A stretch of DNA of 51,722 nucleotides, filler included, from Nitrospinota bacterium (GCA_022562795.1; 3 parts of 3 records of this genome joined end to end with filler, not necessarily neighbours in it), one strand, 5' to 3'. Counted from the first letter of the whole stretch, positions 28,292 through 38,700 are shown. The notes: generated by a model not told the origin, from the sequence alone. Numbers and translations: made by a program.

Positions 28292-29308
28292 TTAGTAAGT
28301 GGTCCGAAAGTGGTTGAATCCCTCTTCAGACAGGGGACGTGCCCGGCCGTCTGGCTCAACGACAAGCACTCCCTCCGTCGCTTCGGTCATTGTTCCGATC
28401 CGGGTGATTCGCGGACCCGGCCCACGGGCCTCTCGTTCGAGGGCCTCCAGCTTCTCCTCAGGAACTGTGAACAGAAGCTCGTAGTCCTCTCCGCCAGTGA
28501 GAGCCATCTTGAGCGGTTCGAGGCCTCGAGCCGGGGCGATCTCTTTAAGCGGCGAGGAGCATGGCAAGCGTGCGAGCTCGATGCGAGCTCCCAGCCCTGA
28601 AGCCCCGCAGAGGCGCTTGATGTCTGTGGCCAAGCCGTCGGAGATGTCGATCATGGAGGTGGCGAGACCCTCCTCGGCAATCCGGCGCCCGATGAGCAGG
28701 CGCGGCAGGGGGGCCACGTGGCGGTGCAGCAGCCACTGGACATCGGTCGAGGCGCCGTCGGCGCGCACCCCCTCCTCCAGCAGGGCAAGGCCTAATGCGG
28801 CATCCCCCAGGGTCCCTGTGACACAGATCGTATCGCCAGGGGAAGCTCCGCTCCGGGCCACCACCAGCTCTTCGTCTTGCTCCCCGATGAGAACCAAGGA
28901 AAGGAGCATATGAGGCGCGCAAGCCGTGTCGCCCCCGACCAGAGAGAGGGCGTAGTGCTCGCAGGAGCGCCGAATCCCCCGGTAGAGCGCCTCGACATCA
29001 GCCACAGGGGTGCTGTCCGGCAGACATATCGTCACGAGGACGAACCGGGGCGTGCCACCCATCGCGGCGATGTCGCTGACGTTGACCGCGACGGCTTTGG
29101 ACCCTAGCTCCTCCAGGGTCATAAAGGCCGGGCGAAAGTGGACGTCCTCGACGAGGCAGTCGGTAGTCAAGAGCCAGGCCTTCCCGTCGGGGCGTCGTAT
29201 CACGGCGCAATCGTCGCCAATGCCTATCTGGAGAGATTCGTCTTCCTGTCGGGACAGCGACCGGAGCCGTTCAACGAGGTTGATCTCTCCGATCTCAGCG
29301 ACCCGCAC
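28292..29308 (-). CDS. thiL: Thiamine-monophosphate kinase
   Basis: GIGDDCAV, EDVHF, VNVSDIAAMGG, GGDT, IDISDGL, GGEDYELLFT. Confidence 0.96.
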   Translation of the reverse strand: MRVAEIGEINLVERLRSLSRQEDESLQIGIGDDCAVIRRPDGKAWLLTTDCLVEDVHFRPAFMTLEELGSKAVAVNVSDIAAMGGTPRFVLVTICLPDSTPVADVEALYRGIRRSCEHYALSLVGGDTACAPHMLLSLVLIGEQDEELVVARSGASPGDTICVTGTLGDAALGLALLEEGVRADGASTDVQWLLHRHVAPLPRLLIGRRIAEEGLATSMIDISDGLATDIKRLCGASGLGARIELARLPCSSPLKEIAPARGLEPLKMALTGGEDYELLFTVPEEKLEALEREARGPGPRITRIGTMTEATEGVLVVEPDGRARPLSEEGFNHFRTTY

Positions 29309-30479
29309 GCGGCGCCTCCATCTTGCGATGCTCCCCTATCTGGTCCAAGACCCGTTTGCGGATCGCCTGGGGCGGCTCGACGGGCCCCACGGCGCGGCCG
29401 CCCTCGATGAGGTCAACGAGCAGAGGCTCGACGGGCCCACCGCAGCCGCAGCTATCCGGTATGCTGCCGGCTGGCACCACTGCCCGAGCGGCGCAGGCGG
29501 CGCACCGGATAATCTCTTTGCGGCCGGACCACTTCCCTCGCTTGGCGATCGGCTCGCCTTCGATTTCGACTATATCAAGGGAAAAATCGATAACCTTTGC
29601 GCTGGAGATCGACGTACCCACCCCGAAGCCGTCCACGATGTCCGAATATTCGGCGATGTCCTTGGCACTAATCCCTCCCGAAAGAAAGATCTTCACGTGC
29701 TCGTAGCCTCGAAGATCGAGCTCCCAGCGCACTTCCTCAATAATCTGGCGCAGGTTGCCCCGGCGGGAGCCGGGAGTGTCTAGACGTACCGCCCACAGGT
29801 CTTTACCCAAGGCCTCCGCCACCTTCAGGCTCTCAAACTTTTCGTCGTCAAAGGTGTCGACCAGGGCGACCCGGCGCACGGTTGGGTCGATGACTTCGTG
29901 GAAGGCGAGGGTGGCCTCGGCCACCCCGTCGAGCATGAGGATTAGGGCATGGGGGATGGTTCCGACGGGCTCCTCATTGATCATCTCGGCGCTGGCCACC
30001 ACTGACACCCCGTCGCAGCCGCCGATAAAGGCGTTGCGCTCGATCATCGGAGCGATCGCAGGGTGCATCCTGCGGGCCCCGAAGCTTATGACCATCTTGT
30101 CACCAGCGGCGAGCTTGCAGTGGGCCGCTTCGGTCGCGATGCCGCTTGCCTGGCAGAGCAGACCGAGCAGGGCCGTTTCGAAGACTGCGAAGTCGGTGTA
30201 GATGCCTTCTAGGACGGCAACGGGCTCGTCCGGCTTAAAGAAGCTCCCTTCGGGCAGGGCCCTCACGTCGACGGGCACGCCCGTCAAAAGCTCTGCCACC
30301 TCCTCCTGGCCAGCAATCACCCCGAAGTCCCATTCAGGCCTGCGGGTCTTTAGGGCCACCTCCGCCACACACCGTTTGCGAATCCCCTTGGCCCGGAGAA
30401 TCTCCACCGTCCTGGCGAAGTAAACATCGGTGACCTTGCCGGCTTTTATCGCCTCGCCGTCGACCGTGTGGAAAGGCAT
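29295..30479 (-). CDS. Nicotinate phosphoribosyltransferase (compact, archaeal-like type)
   Basis: TDVYF, SFGARRMHP, GTIPHAL, LVDTF, VRLDTPGSRRG, SGG, FGVGT, DFSLDIVE..G.PIAKRGK. Confidence 0.9.
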   Translation of the reverse strand: MPFHTVDGEAIKAGKVTDVYFARTVEILRAKGIRKRCVAEVALKTRRPEWDFGVIAGQEEVAELLTGVPVDVRALPEGSFFKPDEPVAVLEGIYTDFAVFETALLGLLCQASGIATEAAHCKLAAGDKMVISFGARRMHPAIAPMIERNAFIGGCDGVSVVASAEMINEEPVGTIPHALILMLDGVAEATLAFHEVIDPTVRRVALVDTFDDEKFESLKVAEALGKDLWAVRLDTPGSRRGNLRQIIEEVRWELDLRGYEHVKIFLSGGISAKDIAEYSDIVDGFGVGTSISSAKVIDFSLDIVEIEGEPIAKRGKWSGRKEIIRCAACAARAVVPAGSIPDSCGCGGPVEPLLVDLIEGGRAVGPVEPPQAIRKRVLDQIGEHRKMEAPRAGR

Positions 30480-32896
30480 CAGGCGCCTCCGTCGTCTGGC
30501 GATTCGCCTACCGCAGAGCCTTCGGCCGGGGGCCTCATGAGGGCTTGGTCGAGCACTTCGTCCATGGTCTCGCAGAAGATAAAGTCCATCTTTCGCCGAA
30601 TTGGGCGGGGGATATCCTCCAGGTCCTTCTTGTTTCGGTTGGGCAGAATGATGTGGGGAATGCCTGCCCGCTGGCTGGCGAGAGTTTTTTCCTTGATCCC
30701 ACCGATGGGGAGCACCCGGCCACGCAGCGTAATTTCGCCCGACATCGCCACATCGCTCCGTGCGGGGATGCCCGTCAGAACGCTGGTCAGTGCGACCACC
30801 ATGGCGATGCCGGCCGATGGGCCATCCTTCGGGATGGCGCCGGCGGGAATGTGGATATGGATATCGTGCTCTGAGAAGAACTTCTCGTCGATCTTGAGCC
30901 GCTCGGCACGGGCCCTCAGATATGAAAGGGCGGCCTTGGCGCTCTCTTTCATCACATCGCCCAAGTGGCCGGTGAGGGTCAGCTCCCCCTTGCCTTTCAT
31001 GGTCGTGGCCTCAATCTTAAGTATCTCACCACCCGCTTGGGTCCACGCCAACCCGTTGGCCACACCCACCTGGGGCGCTTCGACCTCGGTGTCGGGCAAG
31101 AACTTCGTCACCCCGAGGTAGGAGTGAAGGTTCGATACAGAGATCCCGAAATTCTTCTCCTCGCCCTCTGCAACCCGCCTGGCCACCTTCCGACAGATGG
31201 CCGCTACTTCCCGCTCGAGGTTGCGCAGGCCCGCCTCTCGCGTGTAGTGCGAGATGATTCGGTATAGGGCGTCACGCGATATGGTCAGCCGCTCGGGGGT
31301 CAGCCCGTGCTCCTCCAACACCTTGGGGATGATGAACTTCCGAGCGATGTGGTACTTCTCGTTCTCGGTGTAGCCGGGGATGGTGATGACCTCCATCCGG
31401 TCTTTCAGGGCGGGGAGGATGGGGTCCATGAGGTTGGCCGTCGTGATGAACATAACTTTGGATAGATCGAAAGGCACCCCTAAGTAATGGTCGGAGAAGG
31501 CGGCGTTCTGCTCGGGGTCGAGGACCTCGAGAAGCGCCGCGGTGGGATCACCTCGGAAATCGGCCCCCACCTTGTCGATCTCATCCATCATGAATACAGG
31601 GTTATTGGAGCCGGCTTGACGTATGCTCTGGAGGATGCGACCCGGCAGGGCGCCCACGTAGGTTCGGCGGTGGCCCCGTATTTCTGCCTCATCGCGGACC
31701 CCGCCAAGGCTGATGCGCACGAATTTGCGTCCAAGGGCCCGGGCGATGCTCTTGCCGAGGCTGGTCTTGCCCACCCCTGGCGGGCCAACGAAGCAGAGGA
31801 TCGGGCCTTTTGTCTGCTCTTTGAGTTTCCTCACCCCCAGGTACTCGAGAATCCGCTCTTTCACTTTTTCCAAATTGTAATGGTCCTCGTCGAGAACCTC
31901 GGCGGCCAGTTTGATGTCGAGGGAGTCCTCGGTGGAGGTGCTCCAGGGCAGCTCCACCATCCAGTCGAGGTAGGTCCTAACGATGCTCGCTTCGGCGGCG
32001 TCGGGGTGCATCCGCTCCATCCGCTTGAGCTGCTTTTCGGCCTCCTCCCGAACCTCATCGGACATCCCGGCTGCTTCGATATTCTGTCGGTACTCGGCGA
32101 TCTCCTCAGACCGTTCATCCGTCTCGCCCAACTCTTTCTGAATGGCTTTAAGCTGCTCCCGAAGGAAGTACTCCCTCTGGGTCTTGGTCATCTCTTCCTT
32201 CGCTTCGGTCTGAATTTTATGTTGAATGGTGATAAGCTCAAACTCCCGGTTGAGAAGATCGGCCACAGCTTTGAGTCGCTCCACTGGATCATCTATCTCC
32301 AGCACACGTTGACCGTCTTCGACCTTTAAGCCCAAATTGCTGGCTACGAGGTCAGCTAACCGGCCCGGCTCCTCGATACTCTCGGCTACGATGAGGACGT
32401 CCTGAGGGATGGCCTTGCCATGGGTGATTACCTGATCAAGCTGCTCCTTGACGTTCCGGATGAGGGCTTCAACCTCGACTGACACCTCCGCATCGGGCTG
32501 GTCCTCGAAGAGTTCGATCTGGACTCGGAAAAAGGGCTCTCGTTGTATGAACTCCGTCATGCGGGCTTTCGACATCCCCTGGACGAGGACCTTGACCCGC
32601 CCATCGGGCAGCTTCAACATCCGAACGATCATGCCTACTGTACCGATGGAATAGAGCTCTTCGGGGCCCGGCTCCTCCAGATCGGCATCCCGCTGGGTTG
32701 CCATCATGAGCATACGGTGGGAGGCTAAGGCGTCATCCACAGCCTGGATGGAGCCTTCCCGACCGACGAAGAGCGGCAGGACCATGTAAGGGAACACAAC
32801 GATATCCCTAACAGGCAGCAGCGGAAGGGTTGTTGGGATTTCGAACTGCTCTCCACTCTCGGGAGGAATGGCGGGCGCTTGGGACTTGGTCTTCAT
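30479..32896 (-). CDS. lon: Lon protease (endopeptidase La)
   Basis: LON N-domain, GPPGVGKTS, RRTYVGALPG, catalytic PKDGPSAG and IGGIKEK. Confidence 0.97.
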   Translation of the reverse strand: MKTKSQAPAIPPESGEQFEIPTTLPLLPVRDIVVFPYMVLPLFVGREGSIQAVDDALASHRMLMMATQRDADLEEPGPEELYSIGTVGMIVRMLKLPDGRVKVLVQGMSKARMTEFIQREPFFRVQIELFEDQPDAEVSVEVEALIRNVKEQLDQVITHGKAIPQDVLIVAESIEEPGRLADLVASNLGLKVEDGQRVLEIDDPVERLKAVADLLNREFELITIQHKIQTEAKEEMTKTQREYFLREQLKAIQKELGETDERSEEIAEYRQNIEAAGMSDEVREEAEKQLKRMERMHPDAAEASIVRTYLDWMVELPWSTSTEDSLDIKLAAEVLDEDHYNLEKVKERILEYLGVRKLKEQTKGPILCFVGPPGVGKTSLGKSIARALGRKFVRISLGGVRDEAEIRGHRRTYVGALPGRILQSIRQAGSNNPVFMMDEIDKVGADFRGDPTAALLEVLDPEQNAAFSDHYLGVPFDLSKVMFITTANLMDPILPALKDRMEVITIPGYTENEKYHIARKFIIPKVLEEHGLTPERLTISRDALYRIISHYTREAGLRNLEREVAAICRKVARRVAEGEEKNFGISVSNLHSYLGVTKFLPDTEVEAPQVGVANGLAWTQAGGEILKIEATTMKGKGELTLTGHLGDVMKESAKAALSYLRARAERLKIDEKFFSEHDIHIHIPAGAIPKDGPSAGIAMVVALTSVLTGIPARSDVAMSGEITLRGRVLPIGGIKEKTLASQRAGIPHIILPNRNKKDLEDIPRPIRRKMDFIFCETMDEVLDQALMRPPAEGSAVGESPDDGGA

Positions 32897-32925
32897 GAAC
32901 GTCTAACCTCTCTCAGGGTATGATA

Positions 32926-33788
32926 TCATATCATCAGAGAACGTAGGTAGTCTCGGAAGGCTTCTCCCAACTCTCCGTTCTTCAAAGCGTACTCCACCGT
33001 TGCCTGAAGATAGCCGAGCTTATCCCCGGCGTCGTACCGTTTGCCTTCGAAAACGACCCCGTAGACGGGCTCCTCAGCCGCCAGGGCCCTCAGAGCGTCG
33101 GTAAGCTGGATCTCCCCTCGTCGATCGGGCTTTGTCTCAGCTAGCAGAGGAAATATGGCAGGCGTCAAGATGTAACGCCCAATAATGGCCAGGTCGCTCG
33201 GAGCCTCCTCGGGAGTCGGCTTCTCCACCAGGTCCGTTATGCGCCAGAGCCTCTCGCCCATCTGGGTGCCGGCGATGACCCCATAGCGGCCGATCGCTTC
33301 ACCGGGGATCCGCTCAAGGGCGATCACCGAGGCGCGATGTTCGACTGCCACCTCTAGGAGCTGCTTGAGACACGGCACCTCGGAGTCGATGATATCGTCG
33401 CCCAGTACGACGGCGAAGGGCTCTTCTCCCACCGCCCCTGAAGCGCAGAGGATTGCATGGCCCAAGCCCAGAGCCTCCTTCTGGCGCACGTAGCAAAAGC
33501 TCGCCATATCGGCAATGGCACGGACCTCCTCGAGGAGCTCGAATTCCCCTTTCGCCTCCAAGGTGTGCTCAAGCTCAATGGAGGCGTCGAAGTGATCCTC
33601 GATGGCCCGTTTGCCCCGGCCCGTGACGATGATCGCCTGAGTAATTCCGCTGGCGACGGCCTCCTCGACCCCGTACTGAATAAGCGGTTTGTCCACTAGC
33701 GGCAACATCTCTTTGGGTGAGGCCTTAGTCGCTGGCAAGAACCGGGTCCCAGACCACCGGCAGGGAAAACGGCTTTACGAACATTCAT
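32926..33788 (-). CDS. galU: UTP--glucose-1-phosphate uridylyltransferase with a 1-nt frameshift near the 5' end
   Basis: ATG at 33788 reads MNVRKAVFPAGGLG. One G is missing at the CCC run 33748-33750; restoring it gives GLGTRFLPATKASPKEML and an 864-nt frame. Confidence 0.9.
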
Positions 33789-33918
33789 CGTGAAATGAGT
33801 CCAACTAGGTCATGCGGGGGGAACGGGAAATAAAATGTAGTTGTTAAATTCTCCGTCATCCGAAGGGATATTATAGCCAATCCCTTGAGAAGTCAAGGCA
33901 TCTTGGTCAGTCTTGCCG

Positions 33919-33948
33919 TTGACGCCTTCCATGGGGCTCTGCCATAAT
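33919..33948 (+). promoter_or_regulatory. Sigma-70-type promoter for anmK
   Basis: TTGACG-N18-CATAAT with a TG extended -10. Confidence 0.5.
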
Positions 33949-33956
33949 CTGCGGCG

Positions 33957-34581
33957 GTGCACCTCATACAGCGAGGCCGAGTCGTGCGAAAATCAGGTTC
34001 AGCCATCCGAAGGGGGAGAAAGCGCAGGGGGCCCCGCCAGTTCATCGGTCTTATGAGCGGCACCTCCGCCGACGGGGTGGACGCGGCCTTAACGACCGTC
34101 GAGCGCTACCGACGTGGCGCCGTAGGCGTGAGGCTCAAGGCCTTCGCCACGTTCCCCTACCCCCCGGACCTTCGGGCTCGAGTTCTCAAAACGGCTGGTG
34201 CGGGCCGGGTCCGCCTCGAGGAGTTGGCGAGCCTAAACGTGGAGCTGGGCGAGGTATTCGGCGAGGCGGCCCGCCGGATCGCACGCAGAGCCAAGACGCC
34301 TCTGGCCTCCGTAGCCGCAGTCGGCTCCCACGGCCAGACGGTCTTTCACGGACCTCGACCCTCTGAGGGGGAAGGGCGGCGGGCAGCCACGCTTCAGATC
34401 GCAGATCCGGCGGTGATCGCCGAGCGGACGGGGTGCACTGTGGTCGCCGACTTCAGGTCTGCTGACGTGGCCGCCGGGGGCGAGGGCGCCCCGCTTTCTC
34501 CCCACGGCCACGCCCTGCTATTCCGCCATCCCCGCCGAGGCCGCCTCATTCTCAACCTCGGCGGCATCGCCAACATCTCGG
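33957..34581 (+). CDS. anmK: Anhydro-N-acetylmuramic acid kinase, 3' truncated by the contig end
   Basis: IGLMSGTSADGVDAAL, VGSHGQTVFH, VADFRSADVAAGGEGAPL, LNLGGIANIS. The start is uncertain. Confidence 0.93.
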
Positions 34582-34681
34582 NNNNNNNNNNNNNNNNNNN
34601 NNNNNNNNNNNNNNNNNNNNNNNNNTTAATTAATTAANNNNNNNNNNNNNNNNNNNNNNNNNNNNNNNNNNNNNNNNNNNN
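34582..34681. other. Artificial contig-joining linker
   Basis: 44 N + TTAATTAATTAA + 44 N. Confidence 0.97.
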
Positions 34682-34759
34682 CGGTGGTGTTCGGGAGGAG
34701 CTGAGAGAGGAGCGGGTGGCAGTGAAGAAACGGGGGATATCGGTCTTTTATCCTGAAAA

Positions 34760-35743
34760 TCAGCGCTTGTTCTCGGGCGCCCAGGTGTTCTCGAGGCGCA
34801 GCTCCTTGGCGTTTTCCTCCCACCAGCGTTCCCACTCCATGCGGGTGAAGGCGGCTTTGCGGGGCTCGTCAGCGGAGGGCTGGGCCGTGCTGGTGCGGCC
34901 GGTAAGGGCGACGAGCTTCTTCTGCGCGGCGAGGCGCACGGGCGGGCGCGGACTGCCCAGCAGATCGATAAGCACGGGCAGGCCCTGGGGCAGGCCGAGC
35001 CACTCCCCGAAGGTGCCGAGGAGGATGAGGCTCGTCGCCACAGCGCCGAGGGCGAAGCGCCTCAAGTAGGTCGCCTCCTCGGCGGCCTGACGCCGCCGTC
35101 GGCGGTCCAGGGGATCTTCGTCCGCCTCAAGCAGCGGCGCCGCGCTGTAGCCGGCCCGCTCCACCGCTGCCACCAGGTCTGTGCGCTCCACGACCCCTGG
35201 CAGGTAGGCTACCCGGGCCTGGGCCGTGGCGAGGTTGACCTCGGCCTCGACGACGCCCGGCAGGGCCCTCATGGACCGTTCGATCTTAGAGACACACGAC
35301 GCACAGTGCATCCCTTCGATGGAGAGAACGGTCCGCTCGGCGGCCAGATCGTAGCCGATGGCCTGGATAGCCTCGCGGGCCTTGTGGGTTTCGAAGCGGG
35401 CGGGGTCGATCGTGAGATGCGCCCGGCCGACACCGAAGTTGACGCTCGCCGCGTCCACTCCGTCGAGGTTCTCGAGAGTCTCCTCGATGCGCTTGGCGCA
35501 CGAGGCGCAGTGCATCCCCTCGACGGCAACGGCCAGATGGGCAAGGCCGGGCTCGGCGGCCGGTGCGGCCTGTTGGTGTTCATCTTGCGACACATCGGTC
35601 GCTTCTGCGGTTAGGTAGGCGCCGGGGTCGGATGAGAAAGCCCCCTGGCACGAGGAGGAGCAAAAGGCATAGGTCTCACCGTCGTGCTCGACGGTGAGGA
35701 TGCTATTGGAGACCTCCATCCCGCAGACGGGGTCACGTACCAT
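34760..35743 (-). pseudogene. Cu(I) P1B-type ATPase (CopA-like) N-terminus (YHS + 2 HMA + first TM) fused to an unrelated HEAT-like C-terminus
   Basis: RDPVCGM...YAFCSSSC (YHS), two GMHCASC motifs and one TM helix. After about 34980 it reads LPVLIDLLGSPRPPVRLAAQKKLVALTG...WERWWEEN. No DKTGT or CPC motif. Confidence 0.75.
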
Positions 35744-35943
35744 GAGGTTTCTCTCTCTCGTCGGGGGCAGCACCCCTCCTGGGTGTAGTCATTCTAACAT
35801 GGGGATTTGTCGAGCCCCTGTCAAGAAAGGCCCGAGCCTCGTAGAGGCTGCCCGGCATGCTCAGACTCGACGAAGGGCGCGTAAGTTGATTGGTTGGTCC
35901 GTAAAGTAGAAAATTACCAGGTTTCATGGTACTCCCCTTAGGT

Positions 35944-36414
35944 CTATCCGAAGCGCCGGTCGATGGCCTGCTGAACCTCATCGGGACAGAGGCCATCGCC
36001 GACCATCTCTGCGGCCATCTCCGCCTCGGTGAGGCAGACGTTGCAGTTGGCCGCGTGGGTGTCGGCGTAGCATGAAAGTAGGCTCTTGTGGCCCATGTTC
36101 TCCTTGCAGCGGCAGTAACAGTAGAGCCGGTCCAAAACGGCCGGTATCGCCTTGGCCGTAGCGTAGGCCGTACGGACCCGGCCAACAAAGAAGGACGATG
36201 GCAAAACAGAACGCAGCTCGGCCAGTCCGACCTCCTCCAGCGAGCAATTGGCTGCGGCAGCTTGAAGCTCGGCCGGGCTGGGTTGTCTCGCATAGAAGTA
36301 GTAGCCGACAGCGGCGGCTAGGATGAGGAAAGCGCCGACGACCGGAGTAAACCACTTCTTTAGGCGGCGCCTGGCAACGCCTGTCCTGGCCTTGGCCTTT
36401 TTCTTCTTGCCCAT
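35944..36414 (-). CDS. PCYCGC-motif family membrane-anchored Cys/His-rich protein
   Basis: N-terminal TM followed by LYCYCRCKENMGHKSLLSCYADTHAANCNVC. Confidence 0.8.
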   Translation of the reverse strand: MGKKKKAKARTGVARRRLKKWFTPVVGAFLILAAAVGYYFYARQPSPAELQAAAANCSLEEVGLAELRSVLPSSFFVGRVRTAYATAKAIPAVLDRLYCYCRCKENMGHKSLLSCYADTHAANCNVCLTEAEMAAEMVGDGLCPDEVQQAIDRRFG

Positions 36415-36518
36415 GGGACTCGATCCTCCTGTTGGCCCTCTCTCCCGTGTCGGGGGCCCGTCGTGGCTAAAATGCAGATGGTTATTGGAAGGCGCACCGT
36501 CGCCCGACGACCGGCAGG

Positions 36519-36710
36519 CTACCGCCGCTTTGCTTTCACTCCCTCCTCAATCTCTTGGCTCTCTTCCCGACGAGGCAGCTCGTCGGCCCCGCCGTGCTCA
36601 TCAGAACTTTCACCACGGCGATGTTGATGTCCTCCGCAGCAGCCCATCCCGCTTCTGTGCATGAACCAGAAAAGACCCACGAGCAATACAATCCATATCC
36701 AGTTATCCAT
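36519..36710 (-). CDS. Small membrane protein with CCGGH tail (DUF2933-like)
   Basis: MDNWIWIVLLVGLFWFMHRSGMGCCGGHQH, with AAGGAG elements upstream. Confidence 0.7.
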   Translation of the reverse strand: MDNWIWIVLLVGLFWFMHRSGMGCCGGHQHRRGESSDEHGGADELPRREESQEIEEGVKAKRR

Positions 36711-36872
36711 CTCCTTCACCCCTCCTTGGTAATGTCCCTATATTAGGACTCATTGTTCTTCCCGTTTAATGCTACAAGCCCTCTTGTGCCGGTTGCCTGA
36801 CCCCCTTCATCGAACGCTGGTGTTCCCATCATCTGGAACAAGGGTTTGTTGGTTAAGGTGGGCAGTTTTGCG

Positions 36873-36941
36873 TCATGCCCAGGACGGGTGGTGGCAGCCG
36901 TCCTTACAGTGGGCCACCCGTGGGATCATGAATCGTCTCAT
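36873..36941 (-). CDS. Putative 22-aa His/Cys peptide
   Basis: AAGGAGG 7 nt upstream of the ATG; MRRFMIPRVAHCKDGCHHPSWA-TGA. It is below the ORF-track size cutoff. Confidence 0.35.
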   Translation of the reverse strand: MRRFMIPRVAHCKDGCHHPSWA

Positions 36942-36974
36942 CACATATCCTCCTTTCCTTTCTAAGCCCCTCGG

Positions 36975-38060
36975 CTACTCCTTTTGCCGAGGCAGCGGTC
37001 CTCCGGCTCTGAAGTCCCCTTTCCCCCCATGTCGGCCGATGGGGAGGACGACCGTGGTCTCATGGGGCTCGGGCCAAAGGGGGATGCTTGTTTGGACCGT
37101 CAAGGTCTCGGGCTCCAGCACCCAGATTTTGCCCAGCTTTTCGTCGTTCACGTAGATGCGCTTGCCGTCGGGTGTCACGGTCAGGTGGCCCGGACCCTTA
37201 CCGAGGGGTTTCATCCGCACCACTTTCCGGCTGTGAAGGTCAATAGCCGCGACCGTTTTCCCGCCGCGGCTCGCCACGTAGAGAACCTTCCCGTCGCGCG
37301 AGAGTCCCAGGCCATGGGGCCCCTGGGCCACAGGGATGCGAGCCACCTCTTTTCTCACCTCCAGGTCCACCACCGAGACGTCGTTGGAGAAGGCGTTCGA
37401 GACGTAAAGCCATCTGCCCGCCCCATCAATGGTCAAATGATCAGGTCCGGCACCAAGCGGAACCGTGGCGACGACTTCGAAGGTGTTGCCATCGATTACC
37501 GAGAGGGTGTCGACGCCCTTGTTGGTTACGTAAATGACCCCACCATTAGGGGAAGTCACGATGGAGTTGGCTCTCTTCCCCGTCGGGACGTGCTTGATGA
37601 CTCGGCGGCTCGGGATGTCGATGACGGCAATCCCTCCTCGGGCGGGCACGCTGACGTAGGCGTGATTCCCCTGGGGGTTGACGAAGGCGTGGTGGCTGTC
37701 GCCCCCTACATCGAGGCGGGCCAACGTCTGGAAGGTTTTGGTGTCGAGGATAGCCACCCGGATCGGTACAGGCGAGGAGTTAGCCTTGAGCTTCCGGCTG
37801 GTGGTGACCAGGTAACGCCCGTCAGGGGTGGCCGCCACCCCATGTGGATTCCACCCAGCCGCCAGGGTACCCATGACTTGGCCCGTGGCAATGTCGATGG
37901 CCGCAACGTTATGCGACGGCCCCATGGCCACGTAGGCTATCCCTTTGGATAGCTTTGAAGCGGGAACCTCGTTGTTGGAGTCATTGGCCTGAAGGGAACG
38001 AACCCCGACAAGGCCAAAGAGCCCTACCATCATCATCACGACATACCAGCGCACTCTCAT
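36975..38060 (-). CDS. Secreted YVTN/YncE-type beta-propeller protein, His-decorated
   Basis: Signal peptide, repeats such as IYVTNKGVDTLSVID and LYVSNAFSNDVSVVD, and recurrent NPH/SHH/PDH/GPH/PGH/EPH loops. Confidence 0.85.
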   Translation of the reverse strand: MRVRWYVVMMMVGLFGLVGVRSLQANDSNNEVPASKLSKGIAYVAMGPSHNVAAIDIATGQVMGTLAAGWNPHGVAATPDGRYLVTTSRKLKANSSPVPIRVAILDTKTFQTLARLDVGGDSHHAFVNPQGNHAYVSVPARGGIAVIDIPSRRVIKHVPTGKRANSIVTSPNGGVIYVTNKGVDTLSVIDGNTFEVVATVPLGAGPDHLTIDGAGRWLYVSNAFSNDVSVVDLEVRKEVARIPVAQGPHGLGLSRDGKVLYVASRGGKTVAAIDLHSRKVVRMKPLGKGPGHLTVTPDGKRIYVNDEKLGKIWVLEPETLTVQTSIPLWPEPHETTVVLPIGRHGGKGDFRAGGPLPRQKE

Positions 38061-38061
38061 C

Positions 38062-38667
38062 CTACTTACCTCCATACATTGCGAGCCTTGAATTTCCGTC
38101 GGGCCTTGGGCCCAAATTTTCTGTCTTGGTTAGGGTGAGGTCCCACCGGAAGCGCCTCTCGGGGACACCTCCCACCTCCTGGATCACAACCTCGATGAAG
38201 CGGGTTTCGGGGCGGGTGACAGGCGAGCCGTCCGGCCTCGTTGCTGAAAACTTCAGGACGCCGTATCGGTGGTGACCGCCACCGCCGGGGTTGAACCATC
38301 CTGAAGGCTCGATGCTTAGGCCCCCGTTGGTTTCCAGGCGGCTCAGGCGGCCCATATCGTACTGCTCAAGGTCGACCGAATGGGTGTTCATGCGCACCTC
38401 GAATTTGAGTTCCTCAGCCGCTGAGACATCCTCAGGTTTCAGCCAGCTTACATCGATGGTGATAGCCCCCCCGGAGTGGCTACGGGTTACCTTCTTAGAA
38501 GTCCCAGAGGCCTCTGCAGCCATTCTAAGTCCGGTGACCAAAGCCCTTGCTGGTACGGCTGAGACTCCCTTAGGACCATCCGCATTGGGGGCCCATGCGA
38601 AAGCCACCGAGCCCACAATCAAAACCATGCCCGCGGCCGCTACGGGTACCGCGAACCATGTTTTCAT
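38062..38667 (-). CDS. Secreted hypothetical protein with MNTHSVDL and GGGHH motifs
   Basis: RBS AGGAGG, signal peptide ending AFA, and His/Met motifs suggestive of Cu binding. Confidence 0.75.
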   Translation of the reverse strand: MKTWFAVPVAAAGMVLIVGSVAFAWAPNADGPKGVSAVPARALVTGLRMAAEASGTSKKVTRSHSGGAITIDVSWLKPEDVSAAEELKFEVRMNTHSVDLEQYDMGRLSRLETNGGLSIEPSGWFNPGGGGHHRYGVLKFSATRPDGSPVTRPETRFIEVVIQEVGGVPERRFRWDLTLTKTENLGPRPDGNSRLAMYGGK

Positions 38668-38700
38668 TGCTCTTTCCTCCTTTTTCCCTCTTCGGGCCTC

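Noticed and set aside
23879-31487. Long plus-strand ORFs opposite tyrS, the CNNM genes, thiL and lon (and similar ones elsewhere)
   Set aside because: They are antisense shadows of well-supported GC-rich genes and carry no recognisable motifs.
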